NCBI GenBank assembly: GCA_934120715.1
Contig: CAKOUW010000001.1
Span: 262,599-326,598, forward strand
Length of the DNA: 64,000 nt
From: an uncultured Bacilli bacterium
GTDB lineage: Bacteria; Bacillota_I; Bacilli_A; RF39; UBA660
Direction of reading: 5' to 3'
In this document: positions 31,250 through 43,009 of the stretch, in pieces
How the letters are laid out: every line of letters starts with the position of its first letter
Position numbering within the stretch: position 1 is the first letter of the stretch
Notes under the pieces: generated by a model
Seen by the model: the letters and a program-made list of their open reading frames with translations, nothing else
The model's database searches: none
What the model was told of the DNA's origin: nothing
Made by a program: the position numbers and the translations under genes

Positions 31250-31609
31250 ATGAAAACGGTAAAAATATATGAAGGCAATAAAAAAATATGCTATATTAAA
31301 AATTTAAGTATTGATAATGGGGTAGCTTGGGTTGAAACTGATTATAAATTGATTAAGCAACAACCTTCAGAGTTTTATTTTAATGTATTTCACGTATTAG
31401 TAGGTATTGATGGAAATTTAGTACTATCAGCATCAGAGGCTGATTCTTATTTGAAACATGTAATTAAAACAAACCCAGAGGCTGAAGGCCTTGAGAATAT
31501 ATGTTGCCCATGTGTTAGTCCGGAAGAATTGAAGTATTCAAGAACTATCCCTGCAAAAGAGCTTAGAAAAATTAAAAAGGAATATAGGGCTAAAAGAAAA
31601 AACAAATAA
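31250..31609 (+). CDS. hypothetical protein (119 aa)
   Basis: ORF with basic C-terminal tail. Terminator at 31684-31722. Confidence 0.4.
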   Translation: MKTVKIYEGNKKICYIKNLSIDNGVAWVETDYKLIKQQPSEFYFNVFHVLVGIDGNLVLSASEADSYLKHVIKTNPEAEGLENICCPCVSPEELKYSRTIPAKELRKIKKEYRAKRKNK

Positions 31610-31683
31610 TACATAATAGAGTGATCTATAAATGATTCTGCTTTTGAGTTTCATTTTTAGATTGATAAAAAATAGCTTTAACA

Positions 31684-31722
31684 AATAAACCTCGTTTCAA
31701 ATATAGGAAACGGGGTTTTTAT
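31684..31722 (+). terminator. rho-independent terminator
   Basis: AAACCTCGTTTC...GAAACGGGGTTTTT hairpin plus T-run. Confidence 0.65.
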
Positions 31723-31942
31723 ATGAATAAATAAGTTATGAAGATAAAATGGTTTATCTAATAATAATTAAACTAGATATTTTTATAGAAAAAGGGCCTT
31801 ATTTATTTTAGTGACCTATTACCGGCTTAGTTATACGCTCTATTCCTAATAAATGGCGCCAATCACACTCCATAATTTTTCTGCTTTTGTTTACATTTTA
31901 ATTGTACTCTTTCAAAGTGAAAATATTTAAAATTCTTAAAAA

Positions 31943-32593
31943 CTATTGTTTTGCTTTTTTATTAATTCGTATTCTATTTATGATGCTTGTATATACTATT
32001 AGATATGATATAGATATTAAAAAACCAGCTAGAACATCACTTGTATAGTGTACACCTAAATATATTCTACTTATTCCTATTAATAATGGTAGAAGAAGTA
32101 AAACTATGATTAATATCCATTTAACGTATTTATTTTTTATATTTTTGTAAATTAGATATGCTAGAAAGCCATAGAAAGCCATACTTATCATGGAATGACC
32201 GGAGGGAAAACTATAACCACTTTCATTTACAATTCTAAACTCTGTTGGTCTTGGTCTTTGCAGTATGAATTTTAATAATTGATTTATAATTGTTATAATA
32301 GAAATATTGATTCCAATTAAAGCCCCTACTCTTTTGTTTTTTATAGTAACAAATAGTATAAGTGTAAGAGAGATTAGACAGTAGGCACTTCCAAACCATG
32401 TTATTATTTTCATAATTGGTGTAATGTTATCTCTAATTAAGAATTTGGATATGAGCTCATAGCCTATAATATCCCCTTTCATTATATCGTGGTTAAAAAC
32501 ATCTTCAGCTAGTGCTAAAAATCCTATTAAACAGACAAAACAAATAATTAATTTATAATTACTTACTATGGCTTTTTTAACTTTTTTATACAT
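31943..32593 (-). CDS. PAP2-family phosphatase (undecaprenyl-diphosphatase/BcrC-like)
   Basis: PAP2 motifs KxxxxxxRP (LQRPRPTE), PSGH (YSFPSGHS) and SRxxxxxHxxxD (SRIYLGVHYTSDV). Polytopic membrane protein. Confidence 0.75.
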   Translation of the reverse strand: MYKKVKKAIVSNYKLIICFVCLIGFLALAEDVFNHDIMKGDIIGYELISKFLIRDNITPIMKIITWFGSAYCLISLTLILFVTIKNKRVGALIGINISIITIINQLLKFILQRPRPTEFRIVNESGYSFPSGHSMISMAFYGFLAYLIYKNIKNKYVKWILIIVLLLLPLLIGISRIYLGVHYTSDVLAGFLISISYLIVYTSIINRIRINKKAKQ

Positions 32594-32796
32594 ATAATCA
32601 CATCCTATATTATTAAGTATATATATTTATTTTATCATATTGTAAGTACTTATTAACAAAAACTATTCTTTATTTTTACATTTGACATTTTATTAATTAT
32701 GTTTGGTTATTTTATAAATTAAATTTATGGCATTTATTAATATTTTTCATAAACTTGTGAAGTTTTCCATGTTATAATTTCTTTGGAGGGATACTT

Positions 32797-33507
32797 ATGA
32801 TTAAAAGGTTGGAAGAATTGAATGAAATTAATAAAAAATATAATCATGAAAAGGACAAGCTATATCTTGAAAGATACTATAAGAAGATGGATATGGAAAA
32901 AAAGCAATTAGATGATTTTGAAGAAAAATTATTAGAGTTAGATGAAAATATTCATTCTAGGGAAGCTGCAGTTGATGAAATGTATGCAGCAAGCATTTCT
33001 GAACACGCTCAGTTATTAAGGGATATATATATTAGCTCTGAATTTGAGATTGAAGAAATTGGACCTATTCTTGCTGAACTAATTAGCAGATTTGAGGGAA
33101 AAAGATTTACTTTTGAGAAAGGATTAGTTCCAGTAAAGCTTATTAGGCTTTATGAACAATATGAAATGCCTATTCCGGGTCATGCATATACTTGTGCATT
33201 AATTACGGATAAATCTTTGTCTGAACTTAAAAAGAAAGATATTGAGTTATATCCATATGAAGATTCTTTAGAAGGAGCAATAGATAAAAGTGGACTATTA
33301 TTGTATTCTGGTATTACTGATGAACGTTATATGACATTTTATGATATAAATGGTAAGTACGCATTTGATGAAAAGTACCCATATATTAAGGATTTTATAG
33401 ATACATTGATAGTAAGTAGAATTGATAATCCATATAATTTTGATCCTAACAACGAATTGAGTAAATTTGTAGAACAGAGAGGCCCAAAAGTGAAAAAGAA
33501 CAATTAG
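32797..33507 (+). CDS. hypothetical protein (236 aa)
   Basis: ORF only. Confidence 0.4.
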   Translation: MIKRLEELNEINKKYNHEKDKLYLERYYKKMDMEKKQLDDFEEKLLELDENIHSREAAVDEMYAASISEHAQLLRDIYISSEFEIEEIGPILAELISRFEGKRFTFEKGLVPVKLIRLYEQYEMPIPGHAYTCALITDKSLSELKKKDIELYPYEDSLEGAIDKSGLLLYSGITDERYMTFYDINGKYAFDEKYPYIKDFIDTLIVSRIDNPYNFDPNNELSKFVEQRGPKVKKNN

Positions 33508-33541
33508 CGATTATAAAAAATTAGAGGAATATTTAAGGTGA

Positions 33542-34471
33542 TTAAATATTCCTCTTTTCTTTATCTATTTTGATTTTCTTTTTTATCTTGCCTAGTTGCA
33601 TGCTTACAGATGTGATTTTTTTATGTTTCTTACCTAATATTTGATCTACTTCAAAAGCTACGTTTTTAAAGCTTGCCTTCATAAAATGAACTAATACATA
33701 TTCAACACTGTTTATATCTTTTTTGTACTTATAGCAAAATTCTCTTATTGGGGCTGCGATAGAAAACACCCAAATTGGTGATACTATTATTATTTTTTTA
33801 TATGATTTTAAATCTATATTTATATCTTCTATTGGCATTGGCCATTTATGCATACCATATCGACCACACCACCAGAAGCCAGATGTGTTTTCTGTTTTTT
33901 CTTTTGGATTCAACATTATAATATCTGCTTTTTGTCTTTCAGCTTCTTCATAAGCTATTTTTTTCGTATAGCCCATTCTCGAAAAGTATACAACTAATAT
34001 ATCTTTATTTTTACCAATGTTTTGATAGTCATTTATGTTAAATTTAAATTGTTCTTGCATATAAAATACATATGTCATATAACCAGTTAGGAATTGAATT
34101 AAACCAATTATAAAATAGCTAATTGAAAGTACATTGGTTGGTAATATTATAAATTGTACAGTGATCCAAAGCATTAATGTAAGTCCGAATATTGTTCCCA
34201 ATATAATTCCTATCTTTTTATTTTTTAGCAAGAGGCAGACTGCTGTTAAATTTGATATTCCATTAATGATTAATAGTAATATTCCTGGTATGAGATAGTT
34301 TTGGAAAAGTATATTGCTAAAGGGTAAAACTTTAAAATATGGTAATATGGAATGCATTTGTAATATGTTGCCCGTTGGATCAATAAACATACATGTACTA
34401 CCAAATACAGCCCCAATGCCTACAAATAAACACCAAAATATTAAAAATTTTTTTGTAATTTTATATCTCAT
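33542..34471 (-). CDS. membrane protein with C-terminal flavodoxin-like domain (309 aa)
   Basis: Four N-terminal TMs. C-terminal segment VVYFSRMGYTKKIAYE...IIVSPIWVFSIAAPIREF resembles a flavodoxin fold. Confidence 0.45.
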   Translation of the reverse strand: MRYKITKKFLIFWCLFVGIGAVFGSTCMFIDPTGNILQMHSILPYFKVLPFSNILFQNYLIPGILLLIINGISNLTAVCLLLKNKKIGIILGTIFGLTLMLWITVQFIILPTNVLSISYFIIGLIQFLTGYMTYVFYMQEQFKFNINDYQNIGKNKDILVVYFSRMGYTKKIAYEEAERQKADIIMLNPKEKTENTSGFWWCGRYGMHKWPMPIEDINIDLKSYKKIIIVSPIWVFSIAAPIREFCYKYKKDINSVEYVLVHFMKASFKNVAFEVDQILGKKHKKITSVSMQLGKIKKKIKIDKEKRNI

Positions 34472-34680
34472 TCTCTACTCCGTTTTATAGTTATATTAAA
34501 ACTCAAACTATAAAAGTTTGAGCAACTATCAATCTGATGCTCTAAGAGAAAAAGTACGACAACTTTTGAGCAGAATTTAATAGTTAGCAATAATATTAAC
34601 TGGTATAAGTATATCATATTCTTTATTAATTTTAAAGAATCAAAAAAAGTTAGTATCAAATATATAACTAACTCCTATAA

Positions 34681-35157
34681 TTATTTAGTTTTCTTCTTTG
34701 CTTTGCCCTTTTCTTCATTATAACAATTTATAACAGCATCTAATGTATAACCAGCATGTAACATAATTTGTTGTTCAGAATCATGCATACCGCAAACTAT
34801 TTGTCTAAAATTAGCACCACTTAGCCTTCCAACAGCCCCGGTACCAATTGCAATTGTTGCAATTGGTTCTCCATTAGCAGGTATCTTATCGAAGCATTCT
34901 TTAATAACTTCTGCTTGATTTTCACCCCAACCATTATGTAAAGAGTGACAAACTAATGCATGGAATGTTTTATCCCCAACAGTTTTTGACAATACAGTAC
35001 CTATTTCATGTTCTCCACAATTTGCTAATTCATTCCAATATTTTCTTGATACTTGTCCGGCAAAACCAGAATCATTATAACCTTCAGTATTAACAGCAAA
35101 TGCTATATGTTTTGCTTCTGAATTGAATATATCATCTTGAACAGTTTTAACCACCAT
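34681..35157 (-). CDS. hypothetical protein (158 aa), possibly distant macro-domain-like
   Basis: Weak resemblance to macro-domain glycine-rich segments (IAIGTGAVG). Low confidence. Confidence 0.3.
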   Translation of the reverse strand: MVVKTVQDDIFNSEAKHIAFAVNTEGYNDSGFAGQVSRKYWNELANCGEHEIGTVLSKTVGDKTFHALVCHSLHNGWGENQAEVIKECFDKIPANGEPIATIAIGTGAVGRLSGANFRQIVCGMHDSEQQIMLHAGYTLDAVINCYNEEKGKAKKKTK

Positions 35158-35280
35158 AACACGCTACCTCCTCAATCGAAAGTTTATTATACACTAACTA
35201 TAAATAAAAATCAATTGCTTTAGCCAATTAAATCAATCTAATTATGTTAAGCATTAACAAAATTCTCTATTTAGATATAA

Positions 35281-35600
35281 CTTTAGCTATTGTTTCAAAG
35301 TCACATTTTGAATTAATTGCAGGTATATGAATAAAGGCCATTTTTATATCTAAGGACTTATCTTTAATATATTTCATATTTTCATAATAGATATTGTTGC
35401 TCAAATAATTTCCAGCATTTGTTGGTAAAAAATATACACTGTTGTTTTCTTTCGAAAATTCAACAAATTTTTTCTCTTTATTTCCAAATAGTTCTATATA
35501 AATATGGTCGCAATGATGTTTTTGCCCAAATGAATTATATATTTGTATCTATTTTTGCTAATTTTATTTTCTAATTCTTTTACTTTATTCGTAAAACTCC
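35281..35600 (-). pseudogene. degraded gene remnant at the left border of the island
   Basis: GAGGAG RBS followed by ACG (not ATG) and about 25 in-frame codons. A frameshift then leads into an ~90-codon open frame (HHCDHIYIELFGN...AFIHIPAINSK). No intact ORF in the track. Confidence 0.3.
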
Positions 35601-35777
35601 TCACTTTCCTTATAACAAAAAAACTAGACGGTAATTCTAGTTAATATTTATTACTACTCAAAAAGTTCGAGCTATCAATCAAATCTGGTGCGATAGTTAA
35701 GATAGTCCGAAACCATCACAACAAATAAATAAACAATTTAATTCTATAACCATTATAACACATTTTTAATTAATTGC

Positions 35778-36563
35778 TTATGAATTTTGCATTTCTGTTA
35801 TGGTTTTTTCTTTTATATGATAGTCAATATTTCTTTCTTCACAAAACTTAATAACTTGATTTGCTAGATTATTATAATATTCTTTATAACCTTTATATTG
35901 ACTAACAAGTTTATTATAATGAAGTCTGCCAAATATTATTTTATCTACAAAAGAAATAGAATTTAGTATTTCTTCAAAATTTTGATCAATTATATTTGGT
36001 GTAGGATAAGGTTCAATACTAACCCAAGTTTTACATCCTTTATCATGAAGTTTTTTTAAACTATTAATTCTATCTAAATATGGTGCTGACCCAGGCTCCA
36101 TCTTTTTTCTAAATCCTTCATTTAGAGATATAAGAGTTATACCATAACTATTGTCTTTACTCAAATCTGCTAATTCTATTGGTAATACTCCTTTAGTTAA
36201 AGCAGTACATGGCAAATTATAACTATTTATTAGTTTGATAACATCTATTGATAAATTGCATATATCTTCATATCCATACATAAAAGGATCTGTGGTAAAG
36301 CATAAATGAACACTTTTTATTTTATCTTTTAATTTAGGTAGTTCTTTATTTAAAAGTTCCATTGTGTTTGAAACAATAACTGGACAAATCCATTCTTCAT
36401 AAGTTTTTACAGTTCCAAATCTTTTGGCTAACATTGAGGCATAACAAGGATACTTACAACCATGTGAACAACCTTGAACATGATTTATAGTATAATCACC
36501 ATATTCTACACCTGTTTTATATAGAAGAGATTTTCTAGTTAAAGATTTACTACAACTTCCCAT
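35778..36563 (-). CDS. SPL/photolyase-like radical-SAM homolog with atypical CX3CX3C motif (261 aa)
   Basis: N-terminal NHVQGCSHGCKYPCYA. This matches the COG1533-type GCxHxCxYCYA motif but has one extra residue between the second and third Cys. Confidence 0.6.
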   Translation of the reverse strand: MGSCSKSLTRKSLLYKTGVEYGDYTINHVQGCSHGCKYPCYASMLAKRFGTVKTYEEWICPVIVSNTMELLNKELPKLKDKIKSVHLCFTTDPFMYGYEDICNLSIDVIKLINSYNLPCTALTKGVLPIELADLSKDNSYGITLISLNEGFRKKMEPGSAPYLDRINSLKKLHDKGCKTWVSIEPYPTPNIIDQNFEEILNSISFVDKIIFGRLHYNKLVSQYKGYKEYYNNLANQVIKFCEERNIDYHIKEKTITEMQNS

Positions 36564-36597
36564 AAGTATTACCTCCTTATTATCTAATACTATTATA

Positions 36598-37743
36598 TCA
36601 TACTTTATCGTTAATTTTATATTTACTTTCTTTATAGTTATTTTTTCTTACACCATCTGGTGTAATTTTTTCTAATATACCATCTGCTAATAATGGATTA
36701 ATAATTGGTTTTATGATATGTGAATCTTTTAATAATGAATTTTCTAGGACATAAGTTTCAATCTCTTCATAAGAAAGTTCACCTTTCTCATATGCAAGTT
36801 TAATTATTGATTCTTTCATAGGACCGCTATATGTACTTATTAGTAAATCATCCGTATTAAATAATTTTAATTGAGATTTATCTATATCAATTTGTTTTTT
36901 AAAAGATTCTTCACCATTAAACACTTCCCATATACTCTCTTTAATTAATTCTAAACCTCTCTTGTTTGGTGTAAAGAAAATAATATAATATAACTCTGCA
37001 TTATTTGTATTATTAAAGCGATAAGCAAATGAATACTTAATGTTTTTTGTATCCTTATATGTATTAATTAATTTATTTAATATTTCCTTATTTTCATCAT
37101 CATCTATATTAATATCAGTTATAACTGAACTTAGCTCATTTTTGATTGTAGACATTTTGTTTTTCGCAGATGTATTATTTTTATTTCTTGTAACATCACT
37201 ACTAAAATAATTAAATAATAATTCACAATAAAACTCATCAATAAATCTTTTAATAGTTGTTAATAGATTTGGTATTCCAAAGTTATATGGATCAGTATAT
37301 AACAATGTGAAGCAAGAATTACTAAATGTATTTTTTTTAATTAGCAAAGATAGATATTCTACAACATCTTTATCTGTAATATTAATCCTCAAATTATTTG
37401 GTATATTATAATTACTTATTAATTCTTTTAATACATTAATCTTATCTTTATCATAATCATTTAAAAACACATAAAATTGTTTAGCATCGTTTTCTTTAGC
37501 ATATTCAATAAATAATTCAATAACTTCTATACAAGTTCCTTTTATTCCATTTTTATAAATTCCTGCATTACACATGCTATCTATAAAAACAATATTTCTT
37601 TGTCTATAATTTACGGCAACATTCAACCATCTTCTAACATAATCCTTAATATATTTTATTTTATATTGTGTATGTAATTTTGCTTCATCTAAATACTTTT
37701 CGTTTTCTTTTGCTATTATTTCTAAATCTAAAACTTTATCCAT
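36598..37743 (-). CDS. partner protein of the three-Cys radical-SAM-like enzyme (381 aa), function unknown
   Basis: Same strand, 34-nt gap to the downstream gene. No catalytic motif recognised. Confidence 0.45.
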   Translation of the reverse strand: MDKVLDLEIIAKENEKYLDEAKLHTQYKIKYIKDYVRRWLNVAVNYRQRNIVFIDSMCNAGIYKNGIKGTCIEVIELFIEYAKENDAKQFYVFLNDYDKDKINVLKELISNYNIPNNLRINITDKDVVEYLSLLIKKNTFSNSCFTLLYTDPYNFGIPNLLTTIKRFIDEFYCELLFNYFSSDVTRNKNNTSAKNKMSTIKNELSSVITDINIDDDENKEILNKLINTYKDTKNIKYSFAYRFNNTNNAELYYIIFFTPNKRGLELIKESIWEVFNGEESFKKQIDIDKSQLKLFNTDDLLISTYSGPMKESIIKLAYEKGELSYEEIETYVLENSLLKDSHIIKPIINPLLADGILEKITPDGVRKNNYKESKYKINDKV

Positions 37744-37826
37744 TTTTTCCTCCTAACTACTAAAAAAGAGCATAGTATTAGTTATCATATTAATAAGTCT
37801 CTACTAGCCCTTATTTACAATATTAA

Positions 37827-38729
37827 TTATTTTAATGTTTTTTGTACTGGTTTTTCTAATAAATCTGTCCAATGTCCACTAGGCATAAATGCTGATGTGT
37901 CTTGACCATTTCTTTGTGCTTGTTGAAATGCATTCCGTTGTTCATCAGTAAGAACATCTTTAAAATGACTTGAATAGAATTTATACCATGCATTGTAAGA
38001 TGGTGTTGCAGTGATATGTTTATCAATTTCAGGGGCTGATAATTCTACACCAAATTTTGTTGTTTGATATACCATATATTCTAATGCATATTGTTCCTCA
38101 GTTAAATCAATTTCAGGTATTCTTCCATGAGCCATATCATGTCTACATCTCCAAATATGACCACCCATAGCATCAATTGCAAAATATAAATCAACTTCAC
38201 TTAAATTATTAATTCTTTCTACATCTTTAATACTACCTGGATCTATTCCGTAGATTCTAGCATTCTTAATTCTATCCTCTTTTTCTTGCTCGCTTTCTAA
38301 ATAATCAGAAACTTCTTTTCCATTATATAATTTTAAGTTTAGAACTTTTGCTCCATTAGAAAATGCTCTACCATTAACAATTTCCTTAATTCTATTTTCA
38401 GGTGCAACTACATCCCACTCAATAGTAGGCATAGCATCTTTTTCTTCATCTCCTGAACGTTGTAAATCATAACTGCAAATTGGATTTACACCACCCATAA
38501 CTTCTGTTAAAACCGGTAATAATTCATCTAATACTTCTTTTGTGGATGAAGCAGTTGATATTAACAAATATTCATCACCACTAAATGTTATACTTATTTC
38601 TTTTGAATCTAATGTTCCTTCAACACGACCCATTAGTGCAGCAAATGGATGTGTATTTAATCTTTCACCATATTTTTTCTTCAATAATTCATCTAACTCA
38701 CTAGAAGTAGAAATTAAAGTTTTTGCCAT
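37827..38729 (-). CDS. hypothetical protein (300 aa), first gene of the cargo operon
   Basis: ORF with an RBS. Contains His/Cys cluster HIWRCRHDMAHG. No family recognised. Confidence 0.45.
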   Translation of the reverse strand: MAKTLISTSSELDELLKKKYGERLNTHPFAALMGRVEGTLDSKEISITFSGDEYLLISTASSTKEVLDELLPVLTEVMGGVNPICSYDLQRSGDEEKDAMPTIEWDVVAPENRIKEIVNGRAFSNGAKVLNLKLYNGKEVSDYLESEQEKEDRIKNARIYGIDPGSIKDVERINNLSEVDLYFAIDAMGGHIWRCRHDMAHGRIPEIDLTEEQYALEYMVYQTTKFGVELSAPEIDKHITATPSYNAWYKFYSSHFKDVLTDEQRNAFQQAQRNGQDTSAFMPSGHWTDLLEKPVQKTLK

Positions 38730-38841
38730 TTTTAAAACCTCCCTTTGTCTAGTTATTCATTATAGCATACTTTTATATTATTGAAACAAAAAACTACATT
38801 TTTACTAATTATTCATACAAAAAACTACATTTTTTTCTAAA

Positions 38842-40188
38842 TTATCTTTCGTAATCATCTTTTTCTTTGCTTAAATCTAAATCTTCAATGTCATCATCAT
38901 CTAAAACATTGTCTTCATACATTTCATTAACAACATCAATGTATTTATCGTCTTTATCATACCAACTATGAAGTTTATCATGTAAGAAAGACATTAGTTT
39001 CTCGAACTTATCTTTCCAATAGTTTAGTGTATCCTTTAAATCATTTATTTTAGATTTTAAAAATGATATTTCATTATCTTTTTCTTTTATAGTATCATTT
39101 AAAGTCTTAACTCTTAAATTAAGTGCTTCATTATTTTCAGTAAGAGTTCTAATTTTATCGTTCTTATCTTTTAATTGTTCATGGGCATTAACTAATGTAT
39201 TAGATAAGGTTTGTATTTTATCATATTCTTTACTAGTATTATCTACTTGTTCGATAAAGTCGATAAAAGAATCTTTATCTTCTTTTGATAAAATATAATT
39301 ATCTTTATTTAGTTTAGATGTTTTTAATTTATCAATTTTATCTTTTATATCTTTGTAGTTTTGTTTTAACTCTGAAGATTTTTTATTTGCTTGTTTTAGA
39401 TTTTCAGTATTTTTTTCAATTTGTTTCTTCATCTCAATATAGTTATCCATATCGGACACATGAATATCTCTGTTTCTACCTTTTTGTTTTTTCTTTAAAG
39501 TAGATTCTAACCTATATACTTGGTTAAATTCTTCAATACATAATGTTCTCATTTTATCTTGTAATCTTATTAGAGATTCTTTTGTAAATACATCGGATTT
39601 ACCAACTTGTTTTTCCATTCCATTTTTATTCTTATATTTAATTGGAACACCAACAATATGTAAGTGTGGACTAGTCTCATCATAATGGATTATAGCACTA
39701 GCTACTTTAAAATTAGGAACTAATAATTCTAAATCATTAACTTGTTTTTTATAGACTTCTGACATTTTCCTTTTAAAATCTTCATCTTTGGTATCCCAGT
39801 ATTCTTTATCTCCAAGTTCAAGAATTATTTCACAAGCAAGATCCTTTTTCTCATTATTAGATACATTATCAAAATAATTATCTATCATTCTACTAGGTCT
39901 AGATTGTTTAGAATTGTATTCAAGTCTTACTTCTTCAAACTCACTTAAATATAATTCTTTTACATCATCAAGTGGAGAAGAAGTTCCTCTTACTATTTCA
40001 ATTAGTTCTTGTTGATTATCATATTTTCTATAATTATGTTTATCTACCTTTGATAATTGTCTTACATTTTGAATTGCATTATTTGGTAAAGAAGTTGTTC
40101 CACTTAAATTATTTTTACCATTTTGTTTAGATATATTTTTTCTATTTTTATCACTACCTAAATGTAGGGAATAAGCAAGTTCTGACAT
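38842..40188 (-). CDS. Mob/Pre-family (MobM-like) plasmid-recombination relaxase
   Basis: HxDExTPHxH motif (HYDETSPHLHIV) in the N-terminal relaxase domain. Long coiled-coil C-terminal half typical of MobM/Pre. Confidence 0.7.
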   Translation of the reverse strand: MSELAYSLHLGSDKNRKNISKQNGKNNLSGTTSLPNNAIQNVRQLSKVDKHNYRKYDNQQELIEIVRGTSSPLDDVKELYLSEFEEVRLEYNSKQSRPSRMIDNYFDNVSNNEKKDLACEIILELGDKEYWDTKDEDFKRKMSEVYKKQVNDLELLVPNFKVASAIIHYDETSPHLHIVGVPIKYKNKNGMEKQVGKSDVFTKESLIRLQDKMRTLCIEEFNQVYRLESTLKKKQKGRNRDIHVSDMDNYIEMKKQIEKNTENLKQANKKSSELKQNYKDIKDKIDKLKTSKLNKDNYILSKEDKDSFIDFIEQVDNTSKEYDKIQTLSNTLVNAHEQLKDKNDKIRTLTENNEALNLRVKTLNDTIKEKDNEISFLKSKINDLKDTLNYWKDKFEKLMSFLHDKLHSWYDKDDKYIDVVNEMYEDNVLDDDDIEDLDLSKEKDDYER

Positions 40189-40204
40189 AGTTTTCCTCCT
40201 TTCA

Positions 40205-40315
40205 AGAAGTGACCACTTGAGTGGTCATTTTGGCCATCCAAAATTTCTAACCCCCTAGGAATTTTGTACGTTCCATACAAAATATCCAGTGGGCTAAGGT
40301 TTAACACCTTAGAAT
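40205..40315. promoter_or_regulatory. candidate oriT: cluster of three inverted repeats just upstream of the relaxase gene
   Basis: TGACCACT-TG-AGTGGTCA (40210-40227); ATTTTGTA...TACAAAAT (40261-40283); CTAAGG...CCTTAG (40294-40312). Confidence 0.35.
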
Positions 40316-40438
40316 CCGTTTACTTTATTCCGTAATAACCAAAACTTCGTAATGGTTAAAACTACATAAAGTATTAATTTTTAAATTGCTATCGCCACTT
40401 ACAAAATTACTTTGTAATTTCATAACGTGCCACGCATT

Positions 40439-42298
<1,860 letters not shown>

Positions 42299-42513
42299 TC
42301 AACTCCTTTTCCTACAAAAAAGGGAGTCAAAAATACTAGTTAAAACTAATACCTTTGACTCCACTTAATTTCATATTATATTTTTTATTAATTGTGCTTT
42401 TGACCATAGTGTACCTCCTTTTTAATAAAAGACGGATACTGCTTGTCATTTATTGGTTTTATATAATATACTCAAAAATCCATTTTGTCAATTCCCTGAT
42501 TAGAGTATAGATA

Positions 42514-42795
42514 TTAGTTATGTTTTAAATAATTTTCTAATTCAGATAGTTTAATCTTATTATTTAAGTTTTCAATAAATATCTCATTAGAATAATTAAA
42601 AGCTAGAAAGGTTATATCGTTAATTATAATTCTATGTGGTTCTAAATATATAAGATTAGTTTTATCTATTGTCCTTAAATTACCATTAATAATAATTGGT
42701 TTAACACTACAAAACTCACAAATAAATTCTAATCTCTTTTTTAATGATTCTTCCATTCTAACTTCTTGCTTGATAACATTTACCATTTTAATCAA
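42514..42795 (-). CDS. hypothetical protein (93 aa) upstream of the recombinase
   Basis: ORF only. Could be an accessory or directionality factor, but there is no motif support. Confidence 0.35.
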   Translation of the reverse strand: MIKMVNVIKQEVRMEESLKKRLEFICEFCSVKPIIINGNLRTIDKTNLIYLEPHRIIINDITFLAFNYSNEIFIENLNNKIKLSELENYLKHN

Positions 42796-42904
42796 TCCTT
42801 TCTTTGAAAGACTTTTTTCTAAACAAGAAAAAAATCAATCCTAATTTAGAATTGATTGTCTATTTATTCTCGAAACTATAAAAAGTTCGAGCGGATTTCC
42901 CTAT

Positions 42905-42977
42905 GGTGCCGAAAGACAGAATTGAACTGTCCGCTGATCCTTACCAAGGACCTGTTTTACCACTAAACTATATCGGC
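42905..42977 (-). tRNA. tRNA-Thr (anticodon GGU)
   Basis: Hand-folded: acceptor GCCGATA with one mismatch, anticodon loop TTGGTAA, T-loop TTCAATT, encoded CCA. Confidence 0.7.
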
Positions 42978-43009
42978 AACTATTCATATTATATTATAGA
43001 TGATTTTTT

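Noticed and set aside
34468-34659. 63-aa minus-strand ORF.
   Set aside because: Covers the tRNA-flank repeat/hairpin copy at 34502-34542; more likely non-coding.
42336-42407. 23-aa ORF with a GGAGGT RBS upstream of the recombinase gene.
   Set aside because: It coincides with a 9-bp-stem hairpin (GGAGTCAAA...TTTGACTCC) plus T-run. That structure reads as the terminator of the upstream 93-aa gene or an attenuator, so coding is doubtful.
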